A stretch of DNA of 64,000 nt from NCBI RefSeq assembly GCF_033153115.1, contig NW_026889779.1, positions 35,216,001 through 35,280,000 on the forward strand, in the 5' to 3' direction. Position 1 is the stretch's first letter. The number at the start of each line of letters is the position of its first letter. Source of the DNA: Saccostrea echinata. Its lineage: Eukaryota. The notes below the pieces were generated by a model, which saw nothing but the letters and a program-made list of their open reading frames with translations, was not told the DNA's origin and ran no database searches. Below, in pieces: positions 28,862-44,597 of the stretch. The position numbers and the translations under genes were made by a program.

Positions 28862-31323
28862 TTGTTTGGAAAAAATGCATAATCCGCGTATTTAGCGTCA
28901 CAATTATTTTACATCATAATGCTTTGGCGTCAAAGGCGCCAAAGTATCATGACGTCATAATAACTTAGTTGTGCATAGCGCGATTTTGTTGACAAGAAAA
29001 CAAAAATGGGTCTCTTCCAAAGCTGTTTGCGGAACAATAAAGTTGGCATTCTGTCCGACGAAGAGGAAGCCGCCTACAAAAAAATACAGGAGGTCAACAA
29101 AGAAATGGCGCATGATCAAGAGAAGAATGACATTCAAACTCTCCCAGAGATGATGTTTTGTGTAACACCGATTAAAGCCCATGGGGATACTAGTCATGAT
29201 CATGATGATAATGACCTTTCTCCAGATGCCATTGAAAAGACTGAGTTGATGAACTCCACCTACAAATCAAGTGTGCCCACGTTACCTCCCCTCGTTGGAC
29301 AAGTGAAGACAATCCTGGTTCTGGATCTTGAAGACGAGAACGCTTACGTTCAATGGGAAGGTAATACTAAATACGATTAAATCAGTCTTCACTGACCAAT
29401 TTCATAAACTTTCCAATTCTTTGTTATATTAAATTTATTTTTCTTTTTTTTTTCACAGAAGAAAGTGAGAGAATTCTTGTGGAGAAAGGTTTTCTTAAGA
29501 AGGATAAAAATAAGTTGACGGAACAAAGAAGAAAACAGCTTCTCCGAAGAAATTCTAGACAGACAGTCAATTAAAAGAACCCAAGACATTTTGTGAACAG
29601 AAGAGAAGCTGCTGTTGTCTACAATAGGAAGTTTGAACACTTCCATAATTTATTTATCTGATTTCCGTCGTGAATATCTTGGTCGAAAGAGGAACATTTA
29701 TAGGCTCTTTAATTTGCAGTTTATACTTTATTTGACTTGTGTTTTTTCTTGCTCCTATACATATTTATAGGTGAAATTTTTCAGATGTGCGTAATGAAGA
29801 CAGATCTGTGGCTCATTGCTACATGTAACTATTTATATATTCAATGGATTTAAACAACTTTGGCTTTTAAGGAATCTATATTCCTCAAAAAAGGGTACTG
29901 ATTCCCTTTCAAAATCATAAATGGTAAATTTCCATTTAGATATCTGATATTCTGTTGTACCTTCTTTTTGAAATTCTGAAATGTATAATAAAAAAAAACT
30001 TTATGTTCATAATTTTGCACTTGTTGGGCTTATTATTTCTTTGAAGTGAGAGGCTATGCTGCACATGTATAAGGTTTATAATTCATTGTCACATACATGT
30101 ACTTCATTTACATAGAGATGTATCAGCTACATGCATACACATTATAACATTCACCCATTTCATGATGTGAAGTGATTTTAATGGGGGCGGGGGGGGGGGG
30201 TAAATATAAATCTCGGAACAGAAAGAGAGTAAGTTATTAAAGAAATTTCCGTTATCTCATCTCAAACCAGCTAGTTCAAAAAGGGACAATGCAGAAGAAA
30301 TGATTTGTAAGAATTTAATCAACTCAGACTCTATACACGACTTAATCTTCATCTTCAGTCATTTTTTTTCCAAATATGTTTATCAGTAACAATTAAACGT
30401 TAAAAATGACAAAACAACCGACCTGTCAGTGTTCGACTGTCAGTTGTGATATTAGTACTCGCCTATTTGGAACTAATGAATTTCAACTGAAAAATCCACA
30501 TATATAGATTAAAATTTTGTTATGCTCATTTGGGCTTTGATTCGGTAATGAATTTGTTTATTTCTTTTCTATAATAATAATGAATATAAATGTGTGTTAG
30601 TTCCTCTCATTATCTCTGTAACTCTCATCAATCTAACAAGGATTTTTATATTAATCCAAGCTTTGTTTTTATGTAGGACGTCTTTGAGGTCCAGAAAGAA
30701 GCATTTAAGCCAGGACAGTCTGTTGTAATTGTTGACGATCTCTTAGCAACAGGAGGTATGTTTTAGTTTTCTGTTCATAAAAATGCAGCTTTATGAAATA
30801 AAATTGAGACTGGCGTTCATTTTTATAACCTCGCCTCCAAGACGCACTCGTTGCTTTTTCCGACAAGGAAAAGTACGATAAAAAATTAAGTTACCACAGT
30901 CCCTCCTTCGAAGGTGACTATTTCTCCCTTTAACAGGCCCGTAGGAACCGCTCCCCCCTTTCCAATAATTTTGCCTGTTTATGCAATTAAATAGATAACG
31001 ATGTTAATGTGCGGTTATGCCCCCCCCTTCAAAGATAATGAAATTACTTCCTACGGACCTGTAATCATGCTTATGTTGTCGGTGTCATTGCATCCATTCT
31101 TTACATTAAAATCCCGAATATTACTGATGATATGTATTGAAAGAATATTGGCAAATGTAAATGTATACATTTAACATATTTTTTAGGCACAATGAAAGCA
31201 GCATGTGAATTAATTGAAAAAGTCGGCGCCAAAGTGATACTGTGCCTGGTGGTAATAGAACTGACGGATTTGAATGGACAAGGAAAATTGTCCCAGCCGT
31301 GTTCCTCTCTTATTAAATACTAA
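26452..31323 (+). CDS. APRT: Adenine phosphoribosyltransferase, 177 aa
   Basis: Exons 26452-26531, 28188-28425, 30677-30755, 31187-31323 (534 nt). Motifs PDFPTPGVLFRDI, GLEARGFLFG, RKKGKLPG and the PRPP-binding motif VVIVDDLLATGGT. AATAAA at 31629-31634. Confidence 0.96.
27180..27349. mobile_element. MITE
   Basis: CATAGGCGTCGGAA / TTCCGACGTCTATG ends with G- and C-runs inside. Confidence 0.75.
28946..28958. promoter_or_regulatory. CRE (TGACGTCA) upstream of the nested gene
   Basis: ATCATGACGTCAT about 50 bp 5' of ATG 29006, in a locally CpG-rich stretch. Confidence 0.4.
29006..29574 (+). CDS. Uncharacterised 156-aa protein, two exons, nested in APRT intron 2
   Basis: Exon 29006-29360 (AAAATGG start context, donor GAAG|GTAATA), a 98-nt intron with a strong polypyrimidine-CAG acceptor, then exon 29459-29574 continuing in frame to TAA. 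AATAAA near 29986. N-terminus MGLFQSC. No family recognised. Confidence 0.65.
30935..31061. mobile_element. MITE (family also at ~25150-25197 and 58733-58986)
   Basis: CAGGCCCGTAGGAA / TTCCTACGGACCTG ends. Confidence 0.7.
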
Positions 31324-31709
31324 TGCATATACTTATAGCAAGAAAAAACAGTATTTAATACCAACTGTGTATTAGTTGTATACGATAGTGTTACTGATCT
31401 GACGCAACGAATCCACTTTTTGTGCCTTGGTGGCCTACAATATGAGGAATAATTGAACATTTGCAACTTGTTTGTATAAGAGTTACCAAATGGTGTCTTT
31501 TCTGCATTTTTTTTAAAACAGAAAAATTGTGAAAAAGTGTACTTAGAAAAACAAAACACGAACTACTGTGAAATGAGGTTTCACTATACAAGTGTTCTAC
31601 TGTTATCAAATGATCCATGACAAATTATAATAAAATCTGAGCAACACAAAATTATTGCGTTCGATTTTTGTTTAATCGATTTTTATCGACGGAAACGCAC
31701 ACATGTAGA

Positions 31710-32930
31710 GGAGCAAGCTCATATACCCCTGCTCCCTCCTCGCTAGACAATGCTACACAAATGCTATGCATTATAAAGCAAGTAACCACTCTTCACTTTT
31801 CCAGATGCTTGTGAAATGTATGCCACCCAAGACACAAATTAGAATTCCCTGTGAATATGCACATCTACACAGTATGTCCATATCAACTACAATGTTACAT
31901 GGAATTATGTTGAGCAGTTTTAGAGGAGCTGTGCCTACAAACTATTTCGGAAGTACCTAGTATATCTGATCTATGCTAAAAAGGAGGCGTAACTCCCAGA
32001 AAAGAAATTAAATAAGAATTTCCCGCGAATATGCACATCTAAGTCATCTACATAGTATGTTAAACTACAATGTTACGTGGAATTCTGTTCAGCAGTTTCA
32101 GAGGAGTTGCAATGACAAACTGTCTGAGCAGTATATTTAATTTTGGTCTTCCTTCTAAGTTAAAAAGGGGTAAAATCCCTAGAGAAAAATAATCAGAATT
32201 TCCTGTGAATATGCACACCTAAACAGTGTATCCTTATTAACGATAAAGTTTCATGAAGTTCTATTCAGCCGTGTCAGAGAAGTTGCTCTGATAAGAACAG
32301 GACAGACAGAGGCCAGACTTTTCGAAGTTTAAAAGGGGTATAACTCAGAAAAAAATGAATCAGAATTTCCTGGAAGACTACACAGTATGTCTTTATTAAG
32401 AAATTCTATTCAATGGCCTCAGAGGAGCTGAGATGACAAGAGCAGGACCGACGGAGGCCAAACTTTTAAGTTCAAAAGGGGTATAACTTCCAGTAAAAAA
32501 AAAAAAAAAAGAGTCTGAATTTCCTGCAAATTTGCACATCTACACAGCATGTCTTATTTCTTCATCCGGTGATGTGCCTTGCTCCAATTTTGGGCATTTC
32601 CGTACACATGAACTGAATTGCACTTATTAACTAAAAAGTTTATGAAATTTGATTTGTTCAGCATTTTAAAAAAAGGAGTTGCATGACAAAATTTTTCAGA
32701 AGTACACTGTATAATTTAGTCCAAACTTTGAATTTAAATGGCTGAACTCCCAGAAAAAAAATTGAATCAGAATTTTCATCTACATTTTATGTCCATATTA
32801 ACAACAAGGTTTCTTGAAATTCTGTGGTTTCGAGAGGAGCTGAGCTGATATGAACATGACAGAGTGAGACTGATCGACAGAAAGGTAAAAATAAATATAT
32901 CCTCTACAACTTGTTGCATGGGGTATTAAA
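31710..32930. mobile_element. Interspersed element with internal tandem units
   Basis: Recurrent AGAATTTCCTG(T/C)GAATATGCACATCTACACAGTATGTC units and a ..GGGGTATTAAAA end; degenerate. Confidence 0.65.
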
Positions 32931-33552
32931 ACATCAAAGCTTTATTCTAAATGTATGTTCAAGTTTTTCCAAGAGCAGAAAACAAAAATTTATGTCAATA
33001 TGCCAAGATTGTTATAAAGGTGAAGAATAATAAATTCAGCATTTTTTAGTGACTGAATGTAAAATCATGATGTTTCACAAATCATCAGGTTTTTTGAGGC
33101 CTTGGATAAACCCTTTCTAGTTATTCTAACTCGTCCAACAAATCACTTTTAACAATGATGCTTAGGGCCAATACTAGAGGGAGCTTATACATGTTCTGCT
33201 TAGAATATATGTAATTGATAACTGCACAATGAGCATTCTTGATTTTTTCCCCACTGCAAAAGAGGATGAGGATTTGGATTTCATTCAAAAGTGTAAATTA
33301 GTGGTTAAATTATCATCACCCCAGGGCTGCCCAATTAGAATTGAAATAGCAGGGAACATTAAATAAGTAGAAGGGGGTTTGAGGTTCCTCCCCTAACAGG
33401 GGGTTGAGGGGGAATATCAGAATATACCAGGAGGTTACTTCATTTTTGGCAGAAAAATTCGGGGCCCCCAGGTCTTAGGGACAACCCTGTCATCTCTTAG
33501 TTGTAGGGGTATAAAGTATGCCTCAGTTTAGTACAACACAAACATAGGTAAT

Positions 33553-34332
33553 CAAAGATTACGAAGCTCACCTCGACGAATGTTTATCTTTAAGTAAGGC
33601 AAATTTCACATCATATTCTTTTTTTAGTTAGTGTACATCCCAAGATCAATATCCATGCAAGTTTGATTTAAGTACGGCTTACAGTTACTTGGAAATAGAC
33701 CTATTCAAAAAACGTTTATCCTGTTTACTAATCAAGAAAATTTTGGTCAGTTCCAACATCCAAAGTAAGTCTGGAAGTTTTCATCCTTAGATGCACCATC
33801 TATGCAAGTTTAATCATAACAGGCCATAATGTTATATAGCTACTCCAAAAAAATTATCCTGGTCACTCATCTGGAAAATGTAGGTCAGATTCAGAATCCA
33901 AAGCAAGTCTAGAAGTGACCATCCCTAGCTACATCATCCATGCTAATTTGGTTGAAATATGGCTAAAATTCACTCATGTGGAAAATCTAGGTCGAATCCA
34001 GCATCCGAAGCAGGTTGGTTAGCGTACATCCCAAGATGCATCATCCATGCAAGTTTGGTCGAGGTAGGGCTTATAGTTACTTGGAAATGGACCTGCTCCA
34101 AAAACTTTAATCTGGTCACTCAACGGGAAAATGTAGGTCAAATCCAGCATCCGAAGCAAGTGTGATAGTGTCCATCCCTAGATGCATCATCCATGCAAGT
34201 TTGGTCCAGGTAGGGCTTATAGTTACTTGGGAATGGACTTGCTCCTAAAACTTTAACCGGGACGCCGACACTAAAGCTGACGCCGGGGGTTTAGCATAAG
34301 CTCATCTTGACTTTGTCAGGGCGAGCTATAAA
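33553..34332. mobile_element. Helentron-like element with internal tandem units
   Basis: Repeated CATCC.AGATGCATCATCCATGCAAGTTTGG units, a GACGCC microsatellite-like stretch and an AGCTC..GAGCT end. Confidence 0.65.
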
Positions 34333-34819
34333 TTCCAACATCGGTTGGATTTTAACTTAAAATCAACAGTGGGGTACAAATTTTTGCATCACCAGGACTG
34401 TTCAACTTTTTTTGGCACCACAAATTATGTAATGTGTATTTTAAAATTTTCAATATTAAAGAGCCAACAATAAGAGAAAAAGTTTATTTAACATAACACA
34501 AATCATTTAGCTACATGCACTCATCTCTTTCACACACTTTTCATCTATATTCAAGTGTAGTTGTCGCAATATATCTTACACAGGCATTAGCAAATACATG
34601 TATAGTAAAGCAAAAAACCATCTTAATTCCCAGTAAAAGTTCATCTTCCTTTGTTTTGTCTTGAAAATAAGGTTTGACAGGCCTAAAACTATCCCTAAAA
34701 GTTTATTTTTCTCTGAAATTTGTTGTGTCTATATTGAATAAGCTTATGTTTAATTATCAAATGAGTAATCAAAGGTAAGATTATTGTTCTTTTTTTAACT
34801 GATTTTTTAAATCTGATTA

Positions 34820-37533
<2,714 letters not shown>

Positions 37534-38624
37534 TATGAATGATTTCTTTTATTTCTTGCAAATATGCCGAAGCCGAATTTCCATAAGCAGTTCTGCAGTT
37601 CCGGTAAGCCGAATTTATCATGAAACAGTAATTTTGATTGGTTGAAAACGGAAAATTAATAATTTGTACATAGATTCGCTCGTATATTTTTAGCTCACCT
37701 GATCACGGATGACAACGTTACAGAATGGGTCTCAAGATCATAAAAACTGAGAACATACAGTTTAGATTCAATAAAATTTTCATTATGTGTCGGCTATGTG
37801 TTTGTATTCAAATACGGTAAAAACGTTAAATATTTTAAAAGTGTTTGTTATAAATAAAATTATGTATTCAAGATATTCAAATTCTGAATGTTAACATTTT
37901 ATTTTTTCTTTTAATTTTTATTAACTATTTACATTGCCCAATATCATAACATGTATAAAAAGAAGACAAAAGAGTGTTTTTTGGGCACAGACACTCACTA
38001 GCTTATATATGTATAGACTCGCTCTTTACATGATAATAATTACTGGTAAAATGGTTGAAAAAAAAAATCTATAGCATATTTATAATCATAACTTTACATA
38101 TTCTTCTTGAAATATATATTTACTACTCTATATTAATTTAAAGATACATCAATAAAAATCTAAATATGGTAGCAAACAATGTAACAGTTTTAAGCTGATT
38201 GAAATATGTTTTTTCCACAAGGACCACTCTTTTTCAAATTTTCTATGTAGAAATTATTTTATAGCTATACATTTTTCAATATTATTTTTCAATTTCATAT
38301 GATTTAATAGCCCAAAAGGATTTGGAATTTTACTTTGCATTAAACATGTAAAAATATATTGTTTTGTATATAATTTTATAAAATTTTTAACATTGTTAAC
38401 ATTGTTGCTACATGTCATTGGTAGTTCACCTAAAATAGTATTTTCAACATTAACAGTATTTAAATAGTATTTTCAACATTAAAACATTAACTCTATTGTA
38501 AATTGTTTTGTAAAACTGAGGTTGGCCCACAAAGATAAAACTTTTTCACAACCAATGAAAACGTGCTGAATAGTTTCTACTTCTTGTTTGCTAAAAGTAC
38601 AATTGTCCGAATTCTTAGTCTTAT

Positions 38625-39502
38625 TATTATACCCCCGGATCGAAAGATCCGGGGGTTATATTGTTTTTGTCCTGTCTGTCTGTTTGTCTGTTTATCTGTT
38701 TGTCTGTCTGTCTGTTGTCAACTTTAACCTTGCCCATAACTTTTGATTGGTTGAAGCTATGACTTTCATATTTCACATGTGTATTCCTTGTGACAAGACC
38801 TTTCTTTGGAAACTATCATATTTTACCTTTTGACCTTGACCTTGGAGTTTGACCCACTTTAACAAAATTTTATGAGACTTTAACCTTGGCCATAACTTCT
38901 GAACAGTTGGTGCTTGGGGTTTCAAACTTCACATGTGTATTCTTTGTGGCAAGGCCTTCCTTTGGATACCAAAAACTTTGACCTTTTGACCTTAGAGTTT
39001 GACCTACTTGTGAAAAACTATAATCTTGGCCATAACTTTTGAACAGTTGGTGCTTAGAGTTTCAAACTTCACATGTGTATTTCTTATGACAAGACCTTCC
39101 TCTGGATATCAACCTCTTTGACCTTTTGACCTTGACCTAGGAGTTTGACCTACTTTTGAAAAACTTTAACCTTGGCCATAACTTTTGAACGGTTGATGCT
39201 AGGGCTTTCATACTTCACATATGTAATTCTTGTGACAAGACCTTTCTTTGGATACCAACTTTGACCCTTTGATCTTGACATTTTATTTACTTTTTAAAAA
39301 CTTTAACCTTTGCCATAACTTTTAGACAGTTGAAGCTAGGGCTTTCAAATTTCACAGGTATATTCCTCGTAACAAGACCTTTCTTTGGGTACCAACATTT
39401 TTCATCTTTTGGTCTGGATTTTGACTTGCATTTGAGAAACTTTACTTTAACCTTTGCCATAAGCTGCCATTCGGGGCATCATTATTTCACAAATACATCT
39501 TG

Positions 39503-39503
<1 letters not shown>
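38625..39503 (+). mobile_element. Helentron-like element with ~140-bp internal tandem repeats
   Basis: Terminal hairpin CCCCCGGATC-GAAA-GATCCGGGGG, (TCTG)n, about five units containing AACTTTAACCTTGGCCATAACT, and end GGGGCATC..TTTCACAAATACATCTTGTT. Confidence 0.85.
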
Positions 39504-39534
<31 letters not shown>

Positions 39535-40020
39535 ATTCAAGCCCAGAGGCTTCGGAAAAATCTCCCTCCCCCCTCTCGTCGAAGCCCTGGGAGAATATGA
39601 TTTTTCTTGGCTGAATAAATCTTCATATTTCCATCACCATCATGAAATAAATATATAATATATAGTATGCAATAGGTCCATTCAAATACAACTCTTCAAG
39701 GCTGAGCGAGACAAAGTAGGTATATGAACATCTCACTATTTCAAAAATGGAAGTAATAAGTGTAGCTAACTGAAGAAAAGAAGAAATAAATCTGTTTACA
39801 AAAATGAATATTTTTCCTAGGTATATTGAATCAAGTTGGTTCGAGGACTATATATATATTTACAAGTGAGCTGTGCAGGTTATGGCCTCTTGAAATGAAT
39901 AAATTCGGGTTCGATGTTCATTTAATTCTGAATTACATATGGCGCTGGTTGGCTACTTTTTTCTTCTTTCCAAAATCAAAATTTAATGTTCCTGATTTTC
40001 AATTTTGCAAGAGTACTTCC

Positions 40021-42922
40021 ATGGCACAGTATATCCAGGTTAGTGACGAAGAGGGTGACGAGCCGATAGAAATTCCTAGTGAGGATGACGGTTCGTTGTT
40101 GCTCAGCACACTCGCCGCACAGTTTCCGGGGGCATGTGGAATGAAATACAGAAATCCAAGCACTGGAAATTTTCGTGGAATTAGACTATCAGAGGGAAGA
40201 CTGCATCCACCAGATGGAGTTTGGGGAAATTTTGTTTACATTGTTGTATTCCCCAAAGGTTTGTATTGAACAAGGAGTAATTTATATTGGCATTTTTATA
40301 TTTGTTCCTTATTCAATCAGTGAGTCATGCAAGAGATGATATCCAGCAACAAAGTACATTTTTTTTCTGTATATACATACACAGAAGTGACATCTCATGA
40401 AGTTCTTAACATGTTGGTTGCAGTTTAAAAAAAGGATGTAAAGATTGTAACTCTTACAAGACAGCTTGAATAGGTCCGGCACAATTTCTTGATTTAGCTA
40501 AATAGCTTGAATTAGTTATCATTATTTTTATTTATCATTATCATTTTACATTTTTCTTAACCATGCATTTTTTTTATCGTTATCATTTGACTTTTTTCTT
40601 AAATGTGCATTTTTTTTCAGCATGCTAAAAAAAAAAATCACATTTTGGTGCACTGAAAGTTTTCAGCTTTGAACTCTGAATGCATGAGAAAATCATTCAT
40701 CAAATTGCCAGGGCTCTACATTAACTTTTTTTCATACTTGTCCGTTTGGACAAGTGACCAAGACATTTACTTGTCCGAACTTCAACCTCACTTGATATTT
40801 TTCAATAAATAATTCTGTCAACTTGAAAACTATTACTTAAAATAAAGTCCATTTTATGCATGCTTGAGGGATTTGTGATTTTATTGATACATATGACAAA
40901 CACATAAGACAAAATTTTATCTAGACTTTCTGTCCTGACAGCAACATAAATGCTCACAAATGAAACTGTCAACATCAAACAGAATCCAAACTTGGTAAGG
41001 TCCATGCCTTTGCAGTGGTATGCAATTAGTGAACTTCAATCCTGATCAAGTGTGAACTCAATTACATAGTGATTAATATTGGGATTAAAGTTTGGCTTTT
41101 ATGTACTGCTTCAGTCTTTAACCTATTGTTAAACTTTTCACCAGTTGTTCTTTTTATTATTTAGAGGCTTCGTTACATAAAAAAGCACTTGTCCAATCGG
41201 ACAGGTGCCCAGCAATATTCACTTGTCTGTAAATTTTTTTCACTGGTGCCGGACAAGCAGACAAGAGTTAATGTTGAACCCTGATTGCGTCTCCTTTGAG
41301 AGACTTTGTACTCATTGACAAAGTTCTAGAAGTTTTAGGGAGTTATAAAGAATCTGTGACCACACAGTTACTTCTTGAATGAACTTGTATAACATATCAA
41401 CTTGCAGATAATGTGATGATAAAACGCAAAGGAGATGAGGCTGGTGAAAATTCAGTGGCAAAGAATAAATGTGTTGATAAACAGAGATGCAGTGATCTCA
41501 TTGTTCTTGGCTTACCTTGGAAAAGTAATGAAGATGATCTGCGCAGATACTTCTCTTCATTTGGAGAACTGCTTCTTGTACAAGTAAGTTAATTTATTAC
41601 AAAATCATATAAATTTAAAAAAAAAAAAAAAATGCCGGCTTTTGCTCTTTGAGCAATGAGCCTGACTAAAAAAATGTTTTGTTCTTGAAAAAAAATTTTC
41701 TACTTCAGATATTTTTGGTTTTATTAAGATTTGGTGTAATTATGATGAAGTTTTATCTTAAAAAGTATATTTTGTGTAATGGCTTGTTTTTTTAGGTGAA
41801 GAGAGATGTGAAGACAGGAGCATCAAAAGGGTTTGGCTTTATTCGATTTTTAGAGTATGATTCGCAAGTAAAGGTTTTGGCACAAAGACACATGATTGAT
41901 GGAAGATGGTGTGATGTAGCTATTCCAAATTCAAATGCAAGTATTTTCAGTGGAATAATTTGTTTTATACTAATTAATCAAATTTAGAGATCCGTTTCTC
42001 AGTTTTTAAACAATAAAAACATCAAAAATTAAAAGATATCATTTGACATGTCATTATACCATTCCTAGTATTGGCATTTTGCAAAGTCCAAAGACAGTGT
42101 TTTACTTTGATTGCTCATAGATACAGTTTTTTAAGTATGCATTGTGAAAGTAAAAATTCAAATAAAAATTTATTAATTCATTTTATTACATGTACAACTG
42201 TATATATTATTATATAATGCATAATGATGATAATTCATTCTTGGTTTTTTCCTTTCATACAGGAAGGTGCTGCAGAAATGGTTAGCAGAAAAGTTTTTGT
42301 AGCAAGATGCACTGAAGACATAACAGCTGATGACCTAAAAAGTTACTTTTGCAAATATGGGGAAGTGTCCGATGTTTTCATTCCCAAACCCTTCCGAGCA
42401 TTTGCTTTTGTTACTTTTGCAGATCACAGGGTTGCTCGATCTCTTTGTGGGGAAGACCATATTATCAAGGGTGCAAGTGTTCATGTCACCACAGCTGCTC
42501 CCAAAAACGCCGACAGAAATGATAACAGGGGCAGATTTGATCATGGAGGAAGTGGGAGGGGAGGGGGACATGGGGGGTGGAGCCAGCAAGGTAAACCAAT
42601 TGCTACTGTAGGTACAGTTCCACCTGTGCCTGACCCAAACATGGCTAATAGTATAGGCATGAATTTATTGAATTCAGCTGTGTTAGCAGCAGCCCAGGCT
42701 ATGTTACAAAGTCAAGGTCAGTTACCAGCACCCCAACCACAGCCAGTGGGTCAAGGTCATGGGGATCCTTTTGGTGTTCAAACCACAACTGCCAGACAGA
42801 CCCAGCAAACAGGGTTCTTTAGTACTCAGAACTCTGCAGGCTGGGGGACAGCTGACACCAACACATCCGCAGGCGGATATCCCAACTGGGGAGGAAACAG
42901 CCATCAGAGTGGTTGGAGTTAA
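40021..42922 (+). CDS. TARDBP: TAR DNA-binding protein 43 (TDP-43), 404 aa
   Basis: Exons 40021-40258, 41408-41583, 41796-41936 (GC donor), 42263-42922. N-terminal domain [36 protein letters not shown]1 ([26 protein letters not shown]), RRM2 ([27 protein letters not shown]), and a G/Q/N-rich tail with the helix [16 protein letters not shown]. Confidence 0.96.
40709..41283. mobile_element. hAT-like MITE in TARDBP intron 1
   Basis: TIRs CAGGGCTCTACATTAACT / AGTTAATGTTGAACCCTG, subterminal ACTTGTCC repeats, ATTGC on both flanks. Confidence 0.8.
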
Positions 42923-44177
42923 TGTATGGGAGGATACATTGTTTGGTGTGCGTCAGTGTGGTGTTGATTTTTTTACTATGCAGAGTGCTAAGCCTTGTGT
43001 TTATTAGGGCTGGAATGATATGGGAAGACAGACTTCTATGATCCATGCATCTACTGCTTGTAGTATATATCTGTTCCTATATTTTGATTGTATATCAAAA
43101 ATTACATGTATAGCCAAGTCAAATACTTAAGTTATGTTAAATTAATTCTTTTAATTCAAAGACAAAAAAAGTCCCGAACAAATATTTTTCCTCTCGTAAA
43201 AAAAATATCAAAGACTTTATTTTCTCTTTTTTTCTAGGAAATTACTTGGTAATATTGAAAAAAAAATCTAAGCTTTTATCAGTGTAAAGTTGAATTACTG
43301 AACTAAAAAGTATTTTAATGTGCAGAATGTAGCAGAATTTGCAGTCATTGTACCAGGATGTATATTGTTTCACATTTTACTTGTATCATCCCAGCCCTAG
43401 AGTTTAACCATTTATAAGGTCACTACAGCAGTTTCTAGAACTTTGCTTATTCTAAAATGATATTTATCCTTTTTGTTAATTTGCACCATAGGTTTAACAG
43501 TTTTTTTAACACACATAATTATATTGTCCATTCAGAGAAAGTTATTTACACAAACTGACATCTAAACTGTACCTTTTAATTAACACATTGCTCTATAGCA
43601 TATTAACTTATACATTTAAAGAGATTGTTTCACCTTCACTAAAGTGGTGCTTTCAGAGGAGAAATCAGTGCTAAGCACGACAACTTGTTTATCCTTTCAG
43701 AGTTTAAAAGTAATTCATAAGATTTTTAACATGGGAACTTGGTTCCAAGTTTGTTTTTTTTTTTTTGTGTTGCTTAAATATGATCAGAAATCTTAATATG
43801 TACATGTACATAAAATATTATGTGTGGATTTGCATAAATTGTTAATCAGTGTATCTACCTTCAGCATTCCCATTTGTTGTAAATTTTTACGAAAAGTAGC
43901 TTTCTATATTTTCCCTAGCAACCTACTACATGTAGCAGATGCCTAAAATTTTCTAAATTGTTTAAATTTCACCTTTATTTTTTTCTGATGCTGATATTGT
44001 ATTTACTTCTAAATAGATTTTTTGAGATTTGTATTTCAGTATGTAAAACTATTTAACACTGTGTGACCATTATGAAAAGTAATTGGATTATTGGTTGGAC
44101 TGAAATGAACAGAACTTGAAAGATGTAATCTAGACTGAAGTGTGTATTGAGAAAATTTGGAAAAAATTGAATTAATT

Positions 44178-44442
44178 GAATCATGAATGGAATGAACTGA
44201 ATCATGAGTGATCTGGAATGGACTGAATCATGAGTGATCTGGAATGGAATCATGAGTGATCTGGAATGGAATCATGAGTGATCTGGAACAGACTGAATCT
44301 TGAGTGATATGAAATAGAAACTTGAGCAATTTGGAACAGAAACATGAATGATCTGGAATATGAATCATGTGTGATCTGGAGCAGACTGAATCTTGAGTGA
44401 TCTAGAATGGATTCAGTGGTGTATGGATGCTCTGGAATGGAC
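44178..44442 (+). repeat. 22/26-bp minisatellite downstream of the TARDBP stop codon
   Basis: Roughly ten diverging copies of GAATCATGAGTGATCTGGAATG(GACT). Confidence 0.92.
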
Positions 44443-44583
44443 ACAGATGAAGTGTGATTTTGCTTTTATGTTGTATTGTGCAGAATGAATTAAAGGAGAG
44501 TGTATATATGGTGTGCAAAAGTGTTTTGAGTGTTTCTTTTTAGCATTGAAGTCTATGGTAATATCTGTGTTTTTATCTTTCAG

Positions 44584-44597
44584 GGGTACCTCCTTGA
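44584..44597 (+). other. Putative alternative terminal coding exon of TARDBP (…GVPP*)
   Basis: Acceptor TGTGTTTTTATCTTTCAG|G at 44583/44584. Joined to the donor CAAG|GTAAAC at 42590/42591 it reads G-V-P-P-TGA. Not supported by transcript data here. Confidence 0.45.

Noticed and set aside
44178-44442. CRISPR-like array
   Set aside because: Units are contiguous with no unique spacers, no cas genes are present and the context is eukaryotic.
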